From the NCBI GenBank assembly GCA_012519745.1, contig JAAYPO010000050.1:664-64663 (forward strand): a DNA stretch of 64,000 nt, read 5' to 3'. Of the stretch, positions 18,913 through 27,615 are shown piece by piece. The stretch comes from Clostridiaceae bacterium. Lineage in GTDB: Bacteria; Bacillota; Clostridia; Acetivibrionales; DTU013. The notes under the pieces are model-generated. The model made no database searches, was not told where the DNA came from, and was given only the letters and a program-made list of their open reading frames with translations. Both the position numbers and the translations under genes were made by a program. The number at the start of each line of letters is the position of its first letter. The stretch's first letter is position 1.

Positions 18913-19764
18913 ATGGCTGAGACGGGCATTAAGGGGGCAACTGAAGTGAAGCCGGGAGAGCTTAACAAAAAAATAAGGCGTATTGAGATCACCTCGAGAA
19001 AGCTGGTGGAGGAAAGCTTCACAGGTGACTATCGTTCCGGCTTCAGGGGCAAGGGCATGGAGTTTGACAGCATCCGGCAGTATTACCCCGGTGATGATGT
19101 CAGGAACATCGACTGGAATGTCTCAGCAAGGCAGAACAAGGTTTTTGTCAAGCAGTTTTGCGAGGAGCGCGAGATGAACCTGTTCCTTCTGATAGACATG
19201 TCCGGGTCCAATAATTTCGGAAACAAAAAGGATATCATCGCAGAATTGGGTGCAATGCTTGCGTTTACGGCATGCATGAACAATGACAAGGTAGGGGCTG
19301 TTTTATTCACCAAGAAAGTTGAGAAATTCATACCCTCCAAAAACGGAAGAGAGCATGTCCTTGCCATAATCGAGAATATACTTGAGTTCGAGCCGGAATC
19401 CTCCGAAACCAGTATCTCCGAAGCGCTGAAGTTTTTCGGTCTGATTGAAAAAAAGAAAAGCATCGTATTTATCATATCCGATTTTTTGGATCAGGGGTAT
19501 GAGAAGGATCTGAAAATCATTTCCAAACGCCATGATCTGATCCTGGTACGGGTCATCGACAGAGCGGAACAGTACATACCCCATGGGGCCGTATTTGCCT
19601 TTGAGGATCTTGAAACCGGCGAGATCGTGGAGCTGAACAGCATTGGCAGGGAACTCAGGCTGGAGGAGCAGGAGATGAAGGGGAGGAATGTAATCACTGT
19701 CTACACTGATGAGGATTATATCGATCCCTTCAGACAATTTTTCAGAAGAAGGGCCAGAAGATGA
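18913..19764 (+). CDS. DUF58 (vWA-fold) protein, the usual MoxR partner
   Basis: YYPGDDVRNIDWNVSARQNKVFVKQF is the DUF58 signature, and LLIDMSGS is MIDAS-like. Starts 2 nt after the MoxR stop. Confidence 0.88.
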   Translation: MAETGIKGATEVKPGELNKKIRRIEITSRKLVEESFTGDYRSGFRGKGMEFDSIRQYYPGDDVRNIDWNVSARQNKVFVKQFCEEREMNLFLLIDMSGSNNFGNKKDIIAELGAMLAFTACMNNDKVGAVLFTKKVEKFIPSKNGREHVLAIIENILEFEPESSETSISEALKFFGLIEKKKSIVFIISDFLDQGYEKDLKIISKRHDLILVRVIDRAEQYIPHGAVFAFEDLETGEIVELNSIGRELRLEEQEMKGRNVITVYTDEDYIDPFRQFFRRRARR

Positions 19765-20636
19765 ATAGAACAAAGATGATGTTTCTGCTTATGATACTGA
19801 TCATGTTTTTTTCACCGATACATGCCTTTGCGGCTGAAGCTGAGCGCAATATTTATATAGGGGATATCATTGAACTGAAGATCTCATCGCAGGAGCTGAC
19901 CGAAGAGGTGATAAGAGAGAAGTTCAAAGAGTTTGAAATAGTCGGAATCGTTGAGGGATCAGACCACTTCATTGTAAAGCTGCGGACCTTTGAAACGGGT
20001 GAGAAGAAAGTCGTTCTGGGAGACAAGGAAATAGTGGTGGTTGTCAAGTCAACTCTGCAGGAGATCCAGTCGGAAGGACCTATGGAGGGAGGACTGGAGC
20101 CGGCAGCACCTGCTCCCACAGTACCGTGGCTTTACATTTTTATAGCCCTGCTTGCCGTTACCGGCGTTACCGGCTTTGTTTCACTGAGGGGTCGTTTCGC
20201 GATAAAGAATAAGGTCCGGCTGGACCCTTATCATCACTTTATAAGTCGGAGCAATGACTTGCTTTATGAGGACAGTGAGTTTTTTGTCAAGCTGACATGC
20301 TATTTCAAGGAATATGTCCAAGCTGTTTATCACATTAGAATAAAAGGCATGACATCATCCGAGATGCTTTATACCATAGATAAGCTGCCCCGTCTGCAGG
20401 ATGTGAAGAAGGAGCTTGGAGATTGGCTCAGGGAGTGCGACTTTTTTAAGTTTACAGGGACTGTTGCATCAAGAGTACGGAAGCAGGAAATGCAAAGGAG
20501 GCTGGCAGAGCTGGCAGGCAGGATAAAGACAGCCAATCAAGCTGTGGTACGAGCTCCGCAAGGGGCTGGCAACCGAGCTGTGGGTCGAGCTCCGCAAGGG
20601 GCCGCAAAGGGAACTGAAAAAGGAGCCGCATCGTAA
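19761..20636 (+). CDS. Signal-peptide + single-TM protein with a DUF4381-like cytoplasmic tail (third gene of a Bat-type operon)
   Basis: Signal peptide ...PIHAFAAE, TM WLYIFIALLAVTGVTGFV, tail with MTSSEML...CDFFKFTG. ATGA overlap with DUF58. C-terminus carries a 36-nt x2 repeat (20541-20612). Confidence 0.6.
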   Translation: MNRTKMMFLLMILIMFFSPIHAFAAEAERNIYIGDIIELKISSQELTEEVIREKFKEFEIVGIVEGSDHFIVKLRTFETGEKKVVLGDKEIVVVVKSTLQEIQSEGPMEGGLEPAAPAPTVPWLYIFIALLAVTGVTGFVSLRGRFAIKNKVRLDPYHHFISRSNDLLYEDSEFFVKLTCYFKEYVQAVYHIRIKGMTSSEMLYTIDKLPRLQDVKKELGDWLRECDFFKFTGTVASRVRKQEMQRRLAELAGRIKTANQAVVRAPQGAGNRAVGRAPQGAAKGTEKGAAS

Positions 20637-21598
20637 TGAGGATTTTGAACTGGCCTTTTTTATTGCTGATACCGCTGATCATATTTTTATTCTTTTTCTA
20701 TAAAAAGAAAGGGGCCGCATTGAAGTTCCCCAGTATCAACATGCTTATGTCCGGGGGCATGAAAAGGACGATACTGCACAAAATCGGAAGATATCTGATG
20801 GTTTTGGGACTTTTGGCAGCAACCGCAGCGATGGCCAGGCCCCAGAGCGTGAATGTATACGGCACAGGAAGCCAGAGCGGTATAGATATCGTTGTTTTGC
20901 TTGATGTATCTATTTCGATGCAGTCTATTGATTTTAAACCAAACCGCCTTGAGGTCGCAAAAGATACAATAGACAGCTTTATTACCAAAAGGTCTCAGGA
21001 CAGGATCGCATTGGTCGTTTTCAAGGCTACAGCCCACACTCTTATCCCATTGACTCATGACCACAACATACTCAGGGACACACTCAGGGATACCGGCGAC
21101 GATTCGGTGGTGGAAGATGGAACAGCTATAGGCATGGCGATGGTAGTGGGGCTGAACAGACTCAAGAACAGTGACGCTGCTTCAAAAGTCATTATATTGG
21201 TAACGGACGGAGAAAACAATTCAGGCGACGTCAATCCGGGCACGGCAGCGGAAATGGCCAGGGAGCTCGGTATAAAGGTCTATCCTATTGGAGTCGGTAC
21301 AGATAAAATGATTCTTCCGATAGAAGGAACCAACGATTACGAAACATATCCCAACGGAATTGACGAAGACCTGATGAAGCATATAGCTGAGATCACCGGG
21401 GGCAAGTATTATAGGGTAAACAAATCACATGTGCTTTCGGATGTTTTTTCGGACATCGATAAATTGGAAAAAACCGAGTTCGAACAGGGTGTTGCCTACG
21501 AATACACAGAGCTGGGCTTTGTGTATATAAAGATTGCGTTGATATTCCTTGCACTGGGGATCTTCATGGATCGTTTCCTGTATATCCGGATCCCCTGA
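20636..21598 (+). CDS. vWA-domain membrane protein, BatA-like
   Basis: N-terminal TM pair, MIDAS DIVVLLDVSISM...TAIG...TDGENN, C-terminal TM. 1-nt overlap with the upstream stop. Confidence 0.85.
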   Translation: MRILNWPFLLLIPLIIFLFFFYKKKGAALKFPSINMLMSGGMKRTILHKIGRYLMVLGLLAATAAMARPQSVNVYGTGSQSGIDIVVLLDVSISMQSIDFKPNRLEVAKDTIDSFITKRSQDRIALVVFKATAHTLIPLTHDHNILRDTLRDTGDDSVVEDGTAIGMAMVVGLNRLKNSDAASKVIILVTDGENNSGDVNPGTAAEMARELGIKVYPIGVGTDKMILPIEGTNDYETYPNGIDEDLMKHIAEITGGKYYRVNKSHVLSDVFSDIDKLEKTEFEQGVAYEYTELGFVYIKIALIFLALGIFMDRFLYIRIP

Positions 21599-21656
21599 GC
21601 CCGCGGTGCGGCGCAGATATCGAGGGGTCATGTGAGATGAAAGGCAGGCAAGAGCA

Positions 21657-22646
21657 GTGAGCAGCATTGAAATTGGAAACCCTCAAAACTACATATATGC
21701 ATTGATTCCGGTCTTTTGCGCGGTGATACTGCTGATGTCTCTTTTAAAAAAGAGAAGGATACTGGACGCGATGCGGATCGGTATTCGGACGCGTTTTAAG
21801 ATTACCCGGCTCGTTTTGATGGTGTCAGGCATATGTCTGATGTTCGCTGCGCTGCTGGGGCCTCAGAAGCTGGAGGGTTTTACTGAGATCCGGACCCAGG
21901 GGCTTGATATCTATTTACTGATAGATACATCCAACAGTATGCGGGTCCAGGATGTCCAGCCCGATAGGATCGGCAGAGCAAAAAGGATAGCGGATATCCT
22001 GATGAATAATCTCAAGGGCGACAGGATCGGTCTCATTCCTTTTTCATCCGAAGCCTATGTCCAAATGCCCCTTACCGATGACTACGATATGGCCCGTATG
22101 TTTCTGGATGTAGTAGATACCAAAATGGTCGGAAATGGAGGCACTGATTTCGGACCTGCCGTCAGACTGGCCTACGAGTCATTTGATGAGGCCAGAGGAG
22201 CGGATAAGGTAATGATCATACTAAGCGACGGTGAGGACCGCAATAGCAGCGAACCGGATGTATTGGAGCAGATCAATGACAGCCGTCTCAGAGTCTATAC
22301 TATTGGCATCGGTACTGAAGAAGGCGGGAAAATCCCCATATACAGCATTGACGAGGTCACGGTCCTCGGTTATATCTATGATGATGAATATAACGACATC
22401 ATATCAAAGCTCCAGACTTCAGGGCTGAAGAAACTTGCGGCTGACAGCGGAGGCAAATATTACGAGTCGACGGCCTCAGGGATCGAGATCAATGCACTCA
22501 TTGATGATATGGCGACGCTGAAGAGAGATTCTCAGAATGTTAAGAGGATAAATAATTACACACAGTTATACCAGTATTTCCTGGGCTTCGGACTTCTTTT
22601 GTTCCTGGCGGGGTATTTTCTGCCTGAGACAGGGAGGGTGAAATGA
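21657..22646 (+). CDS. vWA-domain membrane protein, BatB-like
   Basis: TM helices, MIDAS DIYLLIDTSNSM...GGTDFG...SDGEDRN, C-terminal TM. GTG start. Confidence 0.82.
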   Translation: MSSIEIGNPQNYIYALIPVFCAVILLMSLLKKRRILDAMRIGIRTRFKITRLVLMVSGICLMFAALLGPQKLEGFTEIRTQGLDIYLLIDTSNSMRVQDVQPDRIGRAKRIADILMNNLKGDRIGLIPFSSEAYVQMPLTDDYDMARMFLDVVDTKMVGNGGTDFGPAVRLAYESFDEARGADKVMIILSDGEDRNSSEPDVLEQINDSRLRVYTIGIGTEEGGKIPIYSIDEVTVLGYIYDDEYNDIISKLQTSGLKKLAADSGGKYYESTASGIEINALIDDMATLKRDSQNVKRINNYTQLYQYFLGFGLLLFLAGYFLPETGRVK

Positions 22647-23434
22647 AGAAGATATTTTACGTTTCAGGAAGTCTTGCTGCAATATTGCTCGTTTTGTTCC
22701 TGATCGGGGCTATAGATTTCAGTGAGAGCAAGAGAGATAAAGCGCTGTCCCAAGGAAACCGCCTGATGGAGTCCGGCAGGTACCGGGAGGCCCTTGAGGC
22801 ATATGAAAGGGGACTTGAGGATCATCCCAGGGATGCTGAGTTGAACTACAATTCCGGACATGCGCTTTACAGTATGGGCGATTACAGCGGTGCGGAGAAG
22901 TACTATGAGGCGTCCGAGCTTCCCGTGCCTGACAGATATCTGAAAATGGGCAACTGTCGACTCAATCAGGGTGACTACGGGCGGGCAGCGAAGTATTATA
23001 TGCAGGGCATATTGGAATTTCCTCAGGATGTTCCACTGAAGTATAATTATGAATTTGCTCAGGAGCAAATCCAGCAGACGGAGCAGCAGGGCGACGGCGA
23101 AGGCGAGCAGGGCGACGGCGAGGGCGGGCAGGACGACGGCGAAGGCGAGCAGGGCGACGGCGAGGGCGAGCAGGACGACGGCGAAGGCGGGCAGGACGGC
23201 GGCGAAGGCGGGCAGGACGACGGCGAAGGCGAGCAGGGCGACGGCGAAGGCGAGCAGGACGATGGGCAGGGCGAGCAGCAGGGCATCGGCGAAGATGATG
23301 CTGAAGCAGAGCAAAGGCAGACTAGAAGCGTAATCGAACACGTCCTGGAAGCACTTGAAAAGCAGGAAGCGGATAGCCTCAAGAATAACAGGAACAGGAA
23401 TCACATTTATGAGGAGGGGCAATATGAATGGTAG
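22643..23434 (+). CDS. TPR-repeat protein with an acidic G/D/E/Q repeat tail, BatC-like
   Basis: N-terminal TM, TPR-like helices (YREALEAYERGLEDHPRDAELNYNSGHALYSMGDYSGAEKYY), then (GDGEGEQ)n. ATGA overlap with the upstream gene. Confidence 0.75.
   Translation: MKKIFYVSGSLAAILLVLFLIGAIDFSESKRDKALSQGNRLMESGRYREALEAYERGLEDHPRDAELNYNSGHALYSMGDYSGAEKYYEASELPVPDRYLKMGNCRLNQGDYGRAAKYYMQGILEFPQDVPLKYNYEFAQEQIQQTEQQGDGEGEQGDGEGGQDDGEGEQGDGEGEQDDGEGGQDGGEGGQDDGEGEQGDGEGEQDDGQGEQQGIGEDDAEAEQRQTRSVIEHVLEALEKQEADSLKNNRNRNHIYEEGQYEW
23090..23278 (+). repeat. In-frame 21-nt tandem repeat (9 copies) encoding GDGEGEQ-type heptads inside the BatC-like gene
   Basis: GGCGACGGCGAAGGCGAGCAG and close variants, read directly. 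The repeat creates spurious ORFs in other frames and on the other strand. Confidence 0.9.
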
Positions 23435-25109
23435 GAGGCTGCTGGCCACAATAACACTTGCTTTATTGATAATAGCTGTAATGGGCGTATCGGGTACAGG
23501 CGTATTGGCTGATGAAGAGCCTCAATTCATTCTTGAAATAAATGACCCCGTTATAGATGTGGAAGCATATACGACATTGACTCTCACCGTGGTAAACGCA
23601 AAAGGTGCAAAGCTTTTGGAGTTCGTTGGAACGAATTGGTTTTATATGCCGTACAATGACAGCTTTTTTACCAACAAAGAGCAAGATGGCAAAACGGCTT
23701 ATCTGGAAAATGAAAGCTATCGTATCTATCCCTACTATGCAGGGCAGTTCAAATTATGGGCATTGATCGAGTACGAGGGAAAGACCTATATGACGAACAA
23801 GGTCCAGCTGAATGTCACCGACAGCAGCTCTGCCGACAGCGGACAGCCCCGGAAAGCCTCTTTGAACACCATGCTTACTAAAAACCAGGTTTATATCGGA
23901 CAAAAAACTGTTTTGGCATATGAGGTGTATTCAATATATGATCTCAACCACTGGTATTTTTTAGATGACCTGCAGATCAACGATGTTTTGCTTGCCGGAA
24001 CACCGGAGGAGAAGCTGAGATCGGAAAAAGCTGTTTATGACGGTGCGGAATATAACAGGACCGAAGTTGAAATATCCTACTTGACACCTATAAAATCCGG
24101 GATATTCACTGTTCCCGGACGCAGTTTCTATGGATACATTTCTGAGACGGAACAGCTGAGTAGTGATGAATACACAGTCAGAGAATTCAGTGAGCCGAAG
24201 GAGCTGATTGTAAGGCCGCTCCCGACTAAGAATCAGCCGACGGATTTTTCATGGATAATCGGAAAGCCAGAGATCGATGCCAGGTATAATACTCTCAATG
24301 CCGCTGACGGCAGCACGATCCTGCTAACAGTGACTGTATCCGGAGACTGTAACATAGACAGCCTGAAAAAAATATTCAAAGAAGATCCTCCCGGTTTCTC
24401 TGCATATGAGACTGTAAAGATGTATACGGAGAGCCTCGAAGACAACAGGTACAACGCCAGGAAGGAATTTGAGATCACGCTGATCCCAAAGGAAAACGGA
24501 ACACTCACTATAGATCCGGTGCACATATCCTACTTCGATCCGGATTCAGGCAGTTACAAGACAGCGGAGATACCGGGGCTAAGTGTCACAGTCGAAGGTG
24601 CTGACAGAATCATGCAGCCGGATGAGATCCGCTCGGGAGGGGACCGGCCGGAGGACCATGTTGTTGAAACGGTCAGAATAGAGCAGATAAGCTACGCTCC
24701 GAAGGACGATGGGTTCTGGGTGCTGCGGATCAGCAAGACTGTAGCGCTTGTTATCATTATAATGATACCGGTGATGGGAGCTGTGGCGTTTTTGCTGATA
24801 AAGCGCCCAGCAATACGCCCGGCAAAGCGTGATGAGCAGCTTGATGATATTTATGCACAGCTTGTCAAGGCCGGAGATGAAAATGAAATATACAATCACT
24901 TCAACAGCATGATAAGACACTGCTTCGGTGTGAGCCCGAAGGCAAGCTCCAGAAGTGAGATAGCTGAAGGGATCCAGGATAAACGGTTTGTCGATCCCAT
25001 ACTTGAGGTGATGGAGTACATTGAAAAAGAGAAATTCGTACCGGGAAAGGTCGATAATGAATTGCTTAAAATGATAAAAGAAGTGTATAAAAGTCTAAAG
25101 CGAAGGTAG
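23424..25109 (+). CDS. BatD-like (oxygen-tolerance family) membrane protein
   Basis: The ATG at 23424 follows GAGGAGGGG. Signal/TM LLATITLALLIIAV, a long beta-rich ectodomain, TM ALVIIIMIPVMGAVAFLLI, and a cytoplasmic tail resembling that of ORF 19761. Confidence 0.65.
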   Translation: MNGRRLLATITLALLIIAVMGVSGTGVLADEEPQFILEINDPVIDVEAYTTLTLTVVNAKGAKLLEFVGTNWFYMPYNDSFFTNKEQDGKTAYLENESYRIYPYYAGQFKLWALIEYEGKTYMTNKVQLNVTDSSSADSGQPRKASLNTMLTKNQVYIGQKTVLAYEVYSIYDLNHWYFLDDLQINDVLLAGTPEEKLRSEKAVYDGAEYNRTEVEISYLTPIKSGIFTVPGRSFYGYISETEQLSSDEYTVREFSEPKELIVRPLPTKNQPTDFSWIIGKPEIDARYNTLNAADGSTILLTVTVSGDCNIDSLKKIFKEDPPGFSAYETVKMYTESLEDNRYNARKEFEITLIPKENGTLTIDPVHISYFDPDSGSYKTAEIPGLSVTVEGADRIMQPDEIRSGGDRPEDHVVETVRIEQISYAPKDDGFWVLRISKTVALVIIIMIPVMGAVAFLLIKRPAIRPAKRDEQLDDIYAQLVKAGDENEIYNHFNSMIRHCFGVSPKASSRSEIAEGIQDKRFVDPILEVMEYIEKEKFVPGKVDNELLKMIKEVYKSLKRR

Positions 25110-25166
25110 CTTGCAGAATACAAGATGATTGCCGGCTATGCCGACAGATGTCTTTATAGTTTGTAA

Positions 25167-25194
25167 TTGAATGTTTTATAAACATTGGTATAAT
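25167..25194 (+). promoter_or_regulatory. Candidate extended -10 promoter for the GH43 gene
   Basis: TTGAAT, 16-nt spacer, TGGTATAAT (TGnTATAAT at 25186-25194). Confidence 0.5.
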
Positions 25195-25239
25195 ATAAAT
25201 GATTGTACGAATACAATAATTCATTTAGGAGAGGATACG

Positions 25240-26220
25240 ATGAACAATTCTGCAAAACCCAACAAGCCGCTGGTAACTCATATTTACACGGCGGATCCCT
25301 CTGCTCATGTGTTTGAGGGCAAACTCTACATTTATCCTTCCCACGATCTTGATCTGGATATCGAATCAAATGACAACGGTGACCAGTACATGATGGAGGA
25401 CTATCACGTATTGTCCATGGACAGTATCGATTCACCTTGTGTGGATGAGGGAGAAGCGCTGAATATTAAGGATATTCCATGGGCCTCCATACAATTATGG
25501 GCACCGGACGCTGCCTATAAAAATGGTACCTATTACCTTTACTTTCCTGTCAGAGATAAGGAAGGTATATTCCGTCTCGGCGTTGCTACCAGTCCTAACC
25601 CTGCGGGACCTTTCACCCCTCAAAACGAACCTATCAAAGGCAGCTTTAGCATAGACCCGGCTGTCCTGGTGGACGATGACGGCAAGGCATATATGTACTT
25701 TGGCGGACTTTGGGGAGGACAGCTTGAAAAGTGGAAGACAAACAGCTACGATCCCAATGGCACAGAGCCGGCGGCATCAGAGCCCGCACTCGGGCCCAGG
25801 GTCGCGGAGCTCAGTGATGATATGCTGAGCCTTAAGGAAGCGCCCATGGAAATATCCATCGTTGACGAGGACGGCAGCCCGCTTCTGGCCGGTGACGAGG
25901 AAAGAAGGTACTTTGAGGGTCCATGGGTACATAAGTACAACGACTATTATTATCTGTCCTACTCAACCGGAACGACCCACTATATCGTTTACGGCATCAG
26001 TAAAAATCCAAAAGGTCCTTTTGTGTACAAAGGTAAAATACTCACTCCTGTGATTGGCTGGACGACTCACCATTCAATAGTTGAGTTCAAAGGAAAATGG
26101 TATCTGTTCTACCATGACAGCTCTCTGTCGGGTGGTAAGGACAACAAGCGCTGCGTTAAGTTCACAGAATTGAAGTATAATGAAGATGGGACTATACAGA
26201 CCATCGATCCGTATAAGTAA
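25240..26220 (+). CDS. Glycoside hydrolase family 43 (beta-xylosidase / alpha-L-arabinofuranosidase type)
   Basis: YTADPSAHVFEGKLYIYPSHD, LWAPDAAYKNGTYYLYFP, FSIDPAVLVDDDGKAYMYFGG, YFEGPWVHKYNDYYYLSYS. The ATG at 25240 follows AGGAGAGG. Confidence 0.88.
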   Translation: MNNSAKPNKPLVTHIYTADPSAHVFEGKLYIYPSHDLDLDIESNDNGDQYMMEDYHVLSMDSIDSPCVDEGEALNIKDIPWASIQLWAPDAAYKNGTYYLYFPVRDKEGIFRLGVATSPNPAGPFTPQNEPIKGSFSIDPAVLVDDDGKAYMYFGGLWGGQLEKWKTNSYDPNGTEPAASEPALGPRVAELSDDMLSLKEAPMEISIVDEDGSPLLAGDEERRYFEGPWVHKYNDYYYLSYSTGTTHYIVYGISKNPKGPFVYKGKILTPVIGWTTHHSIVEFKGKWYLFYHDSSLSGGKDNKRCVKFTELKYNEDGTIQTIDPYK

Positions 26221-26409
26221 GATAGACAGGCTTATGTAAGATTTAATTGTCCCGGTCACAGGGAAGCGGTGCTTCGGTCCAGTCGGAGGTACCCTTCCCG
26301 GACAGTCCGGGAAAATGTTTTTGAAAGTTCCCTTCCAAAAGCCACGCCAATGTGACATCATTTGTATATTACAATGTTCATGATATATTGTTGAGAAAGA
26401 GGCGATATT

Positions 26410-26805
26410 ATGCCATGGTGTCCAAAGTGTATTATCGAGTACAGGGACGGCATTGACAAATGCAGTGAATGCGGCGTTGAATTGATTGACGAGCTTGTAT
26501 CTGATGATCCCAGATCTGATCAAAACTCCAAGGAAGCATTTCTGATGACTGCCGCCGGGAATATAGAGGCGGACCTCATAGAATCCATCCTGAAAGACAA
26601 TGATATCCCCGTCCTGCGCAAATACAGGGAGGCAGGAGGGTATATGATGGTTTTCATGGGCGGCACTATATATGACATAGATATGTACGTGCCTGATACG
26701 CTGCTGGACAAAGCAAGAGATGTACTCAACACAAGCAGGAGCGCGTCTGCTGATATGCTGTTCCCGGACAATATTGAACAGTATGATCCCGATGAGGAGA
26801 GATAA
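26410..26805 (+). CDS. Small zinc-ribbon + DUF2007-like protein
   Basis: N-terminus CPKC...CSEC, followed by a DUF2007-like segment (EADLIESILKDNDIPVL...DMYVPDTLLDKARDVL). Confidence 0.6.
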   Translation: MPWCPKCIIEYRDGIDKCSECGVELIDELVSDDPRSDQNSKEAFLMTAAGNIEADLIESILKDNDIPVLRKYREAGGYMMVFMGGTIYDIDMYVPDTLLDKARDVLNTSRSASADMLFPDNIEQYDPDEER

Positions 26806-27286
26806 AACAGAAAGTGCGGCCGGCGCCTCCAGATTAGCCAAGGCAGTAAAAATTTGCTGGATCATCCTTTTTATACTGTATCTTCTGCTGCTGCTATTCC
26901 TAACCATGTACAGCCGGCACTACGGCCGGGGGTATGTCCGTCGCAGCATGAACCTTGTTCCGCTCAGGACGATACTGCAATACTTGAATGCCAAGATCAA
27001 CCGGAACATAATTGTGACAAATCTGCTTGGTAATATTGTCGCTTTTATGCCCATGGGCTTTTTGCTTCCCCTGTTATCCAAAAAGCTTTCCGGCTTCTTC
27101 AGGTCTGTACTTGCAACTGCCGGAGCTTCACTTTTAATCGAGGCTGCACAGTATATAGCCGGTGTCGGCGCTGCTGATATCGATGATATTATCTTGAATA
27201 CTTTAGGCGGTGTACTTGGATTTCTTGTTTTTCTGGTATGCCGATCGCTATACGACAGAGTTGCGGCCGCTCGGCAAAAGCATTGA
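26783..27286 (+). CDS. VanZ-family membrane protein
   Basis: 4 TM segments, NLVPLRTI, GNIVAFMPMGFLLP, DIDDIILNTLGGVLGF. Start is ATG 26783 or 26792, overlapping the upstream gene by 14-23 nt. Confidence 0.75.
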   Translation: MIPMRRDKTESAAGASRLAKAVKICWIILFILYLLLLLFLTMYSRHYGRGYVRRSMNLVPLRTILQYLNAKINRNIIVTNLLGNIVAFMPMGFLLPLLSKKLSGFFRSVLATAGASLLIEAAQYIAGVGAADIDDIILNTLGGVLGFLVFLVCRSLYDRVAAARQKH

Positions 27287-27333
27287 GAGGATAAAGAGTA
27301 TGGGAGTCAAGTGAATCTATCCGGAAAATGGAG

Positions 27334-27362
27334 AGCTGTTCGCGTTATGAACGGCTTTTTTG
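27334..27362 (+). terminator. Rho-independent terminator after vanZ
   Basis: AGCTGTTC / GAACGGCT stem followed by TTTTTT. Confidence 0.6.
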
Positions 27363-27615
27363 TTGCGTACGGCATGAGCGCAGTTCTGACACATGAGCGC
27401 AGTTCAAACATTTGGATGGAACATTTTTATGTTTTTTTATGTCTGAAGTATAGAAGTGCTATCTAAGTATCCTATCTATTCTACAAAATCCCAGAATGTG
27501 TACAAATAATCGACAAAAATACAAAATAATAAAATTTATGGAACTTTTACTCTATTGCTCCAATCTAATCTAGTATATAGAGAGATAAATAGATAAAAAA
27601 AGGAGGAAACAAAAA

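Noticed and set aside
17942-18913. 323-aa ORF antisense to the MoxR gene
   Set aside because: The plus-strand frame carries unmistakable MoxR AAA+ motifs, and the start is preceded by an AGGGGG Shine-Dalgarno-like RBS. The antisense translation is low-complexity (H/L/R-rich) with no motifs. This is a typical shadow ORF.
22664-23449. 261-aa minus-strand ORF, plus ORFs 23049-23333 (+) and 23059-23382 (-), over the BatC-like gene
   Set aside because: They are stop-free only because of the 21-nt GC-rich repeat. The translations are (LAFAVA)n, (AKASRAT)n and (SPSPC)n artefacts. The TPR frame is coupled to its neighbours by overlapping start and stop codons.
26074-26907. 277-aa minus-strand ORF spanning the GH43 3' end through the Zn-ribbon gene. 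Similar long antisense ORFs occur at 49943-50731, 46461-47060, 15804-16481, 11960-12628 and 12946-13443.
   Set aside because: Each lies opposite a gene with strong family motifs and crosses intergenic regions or terminators. None shows a recognisable domain or an RBS.
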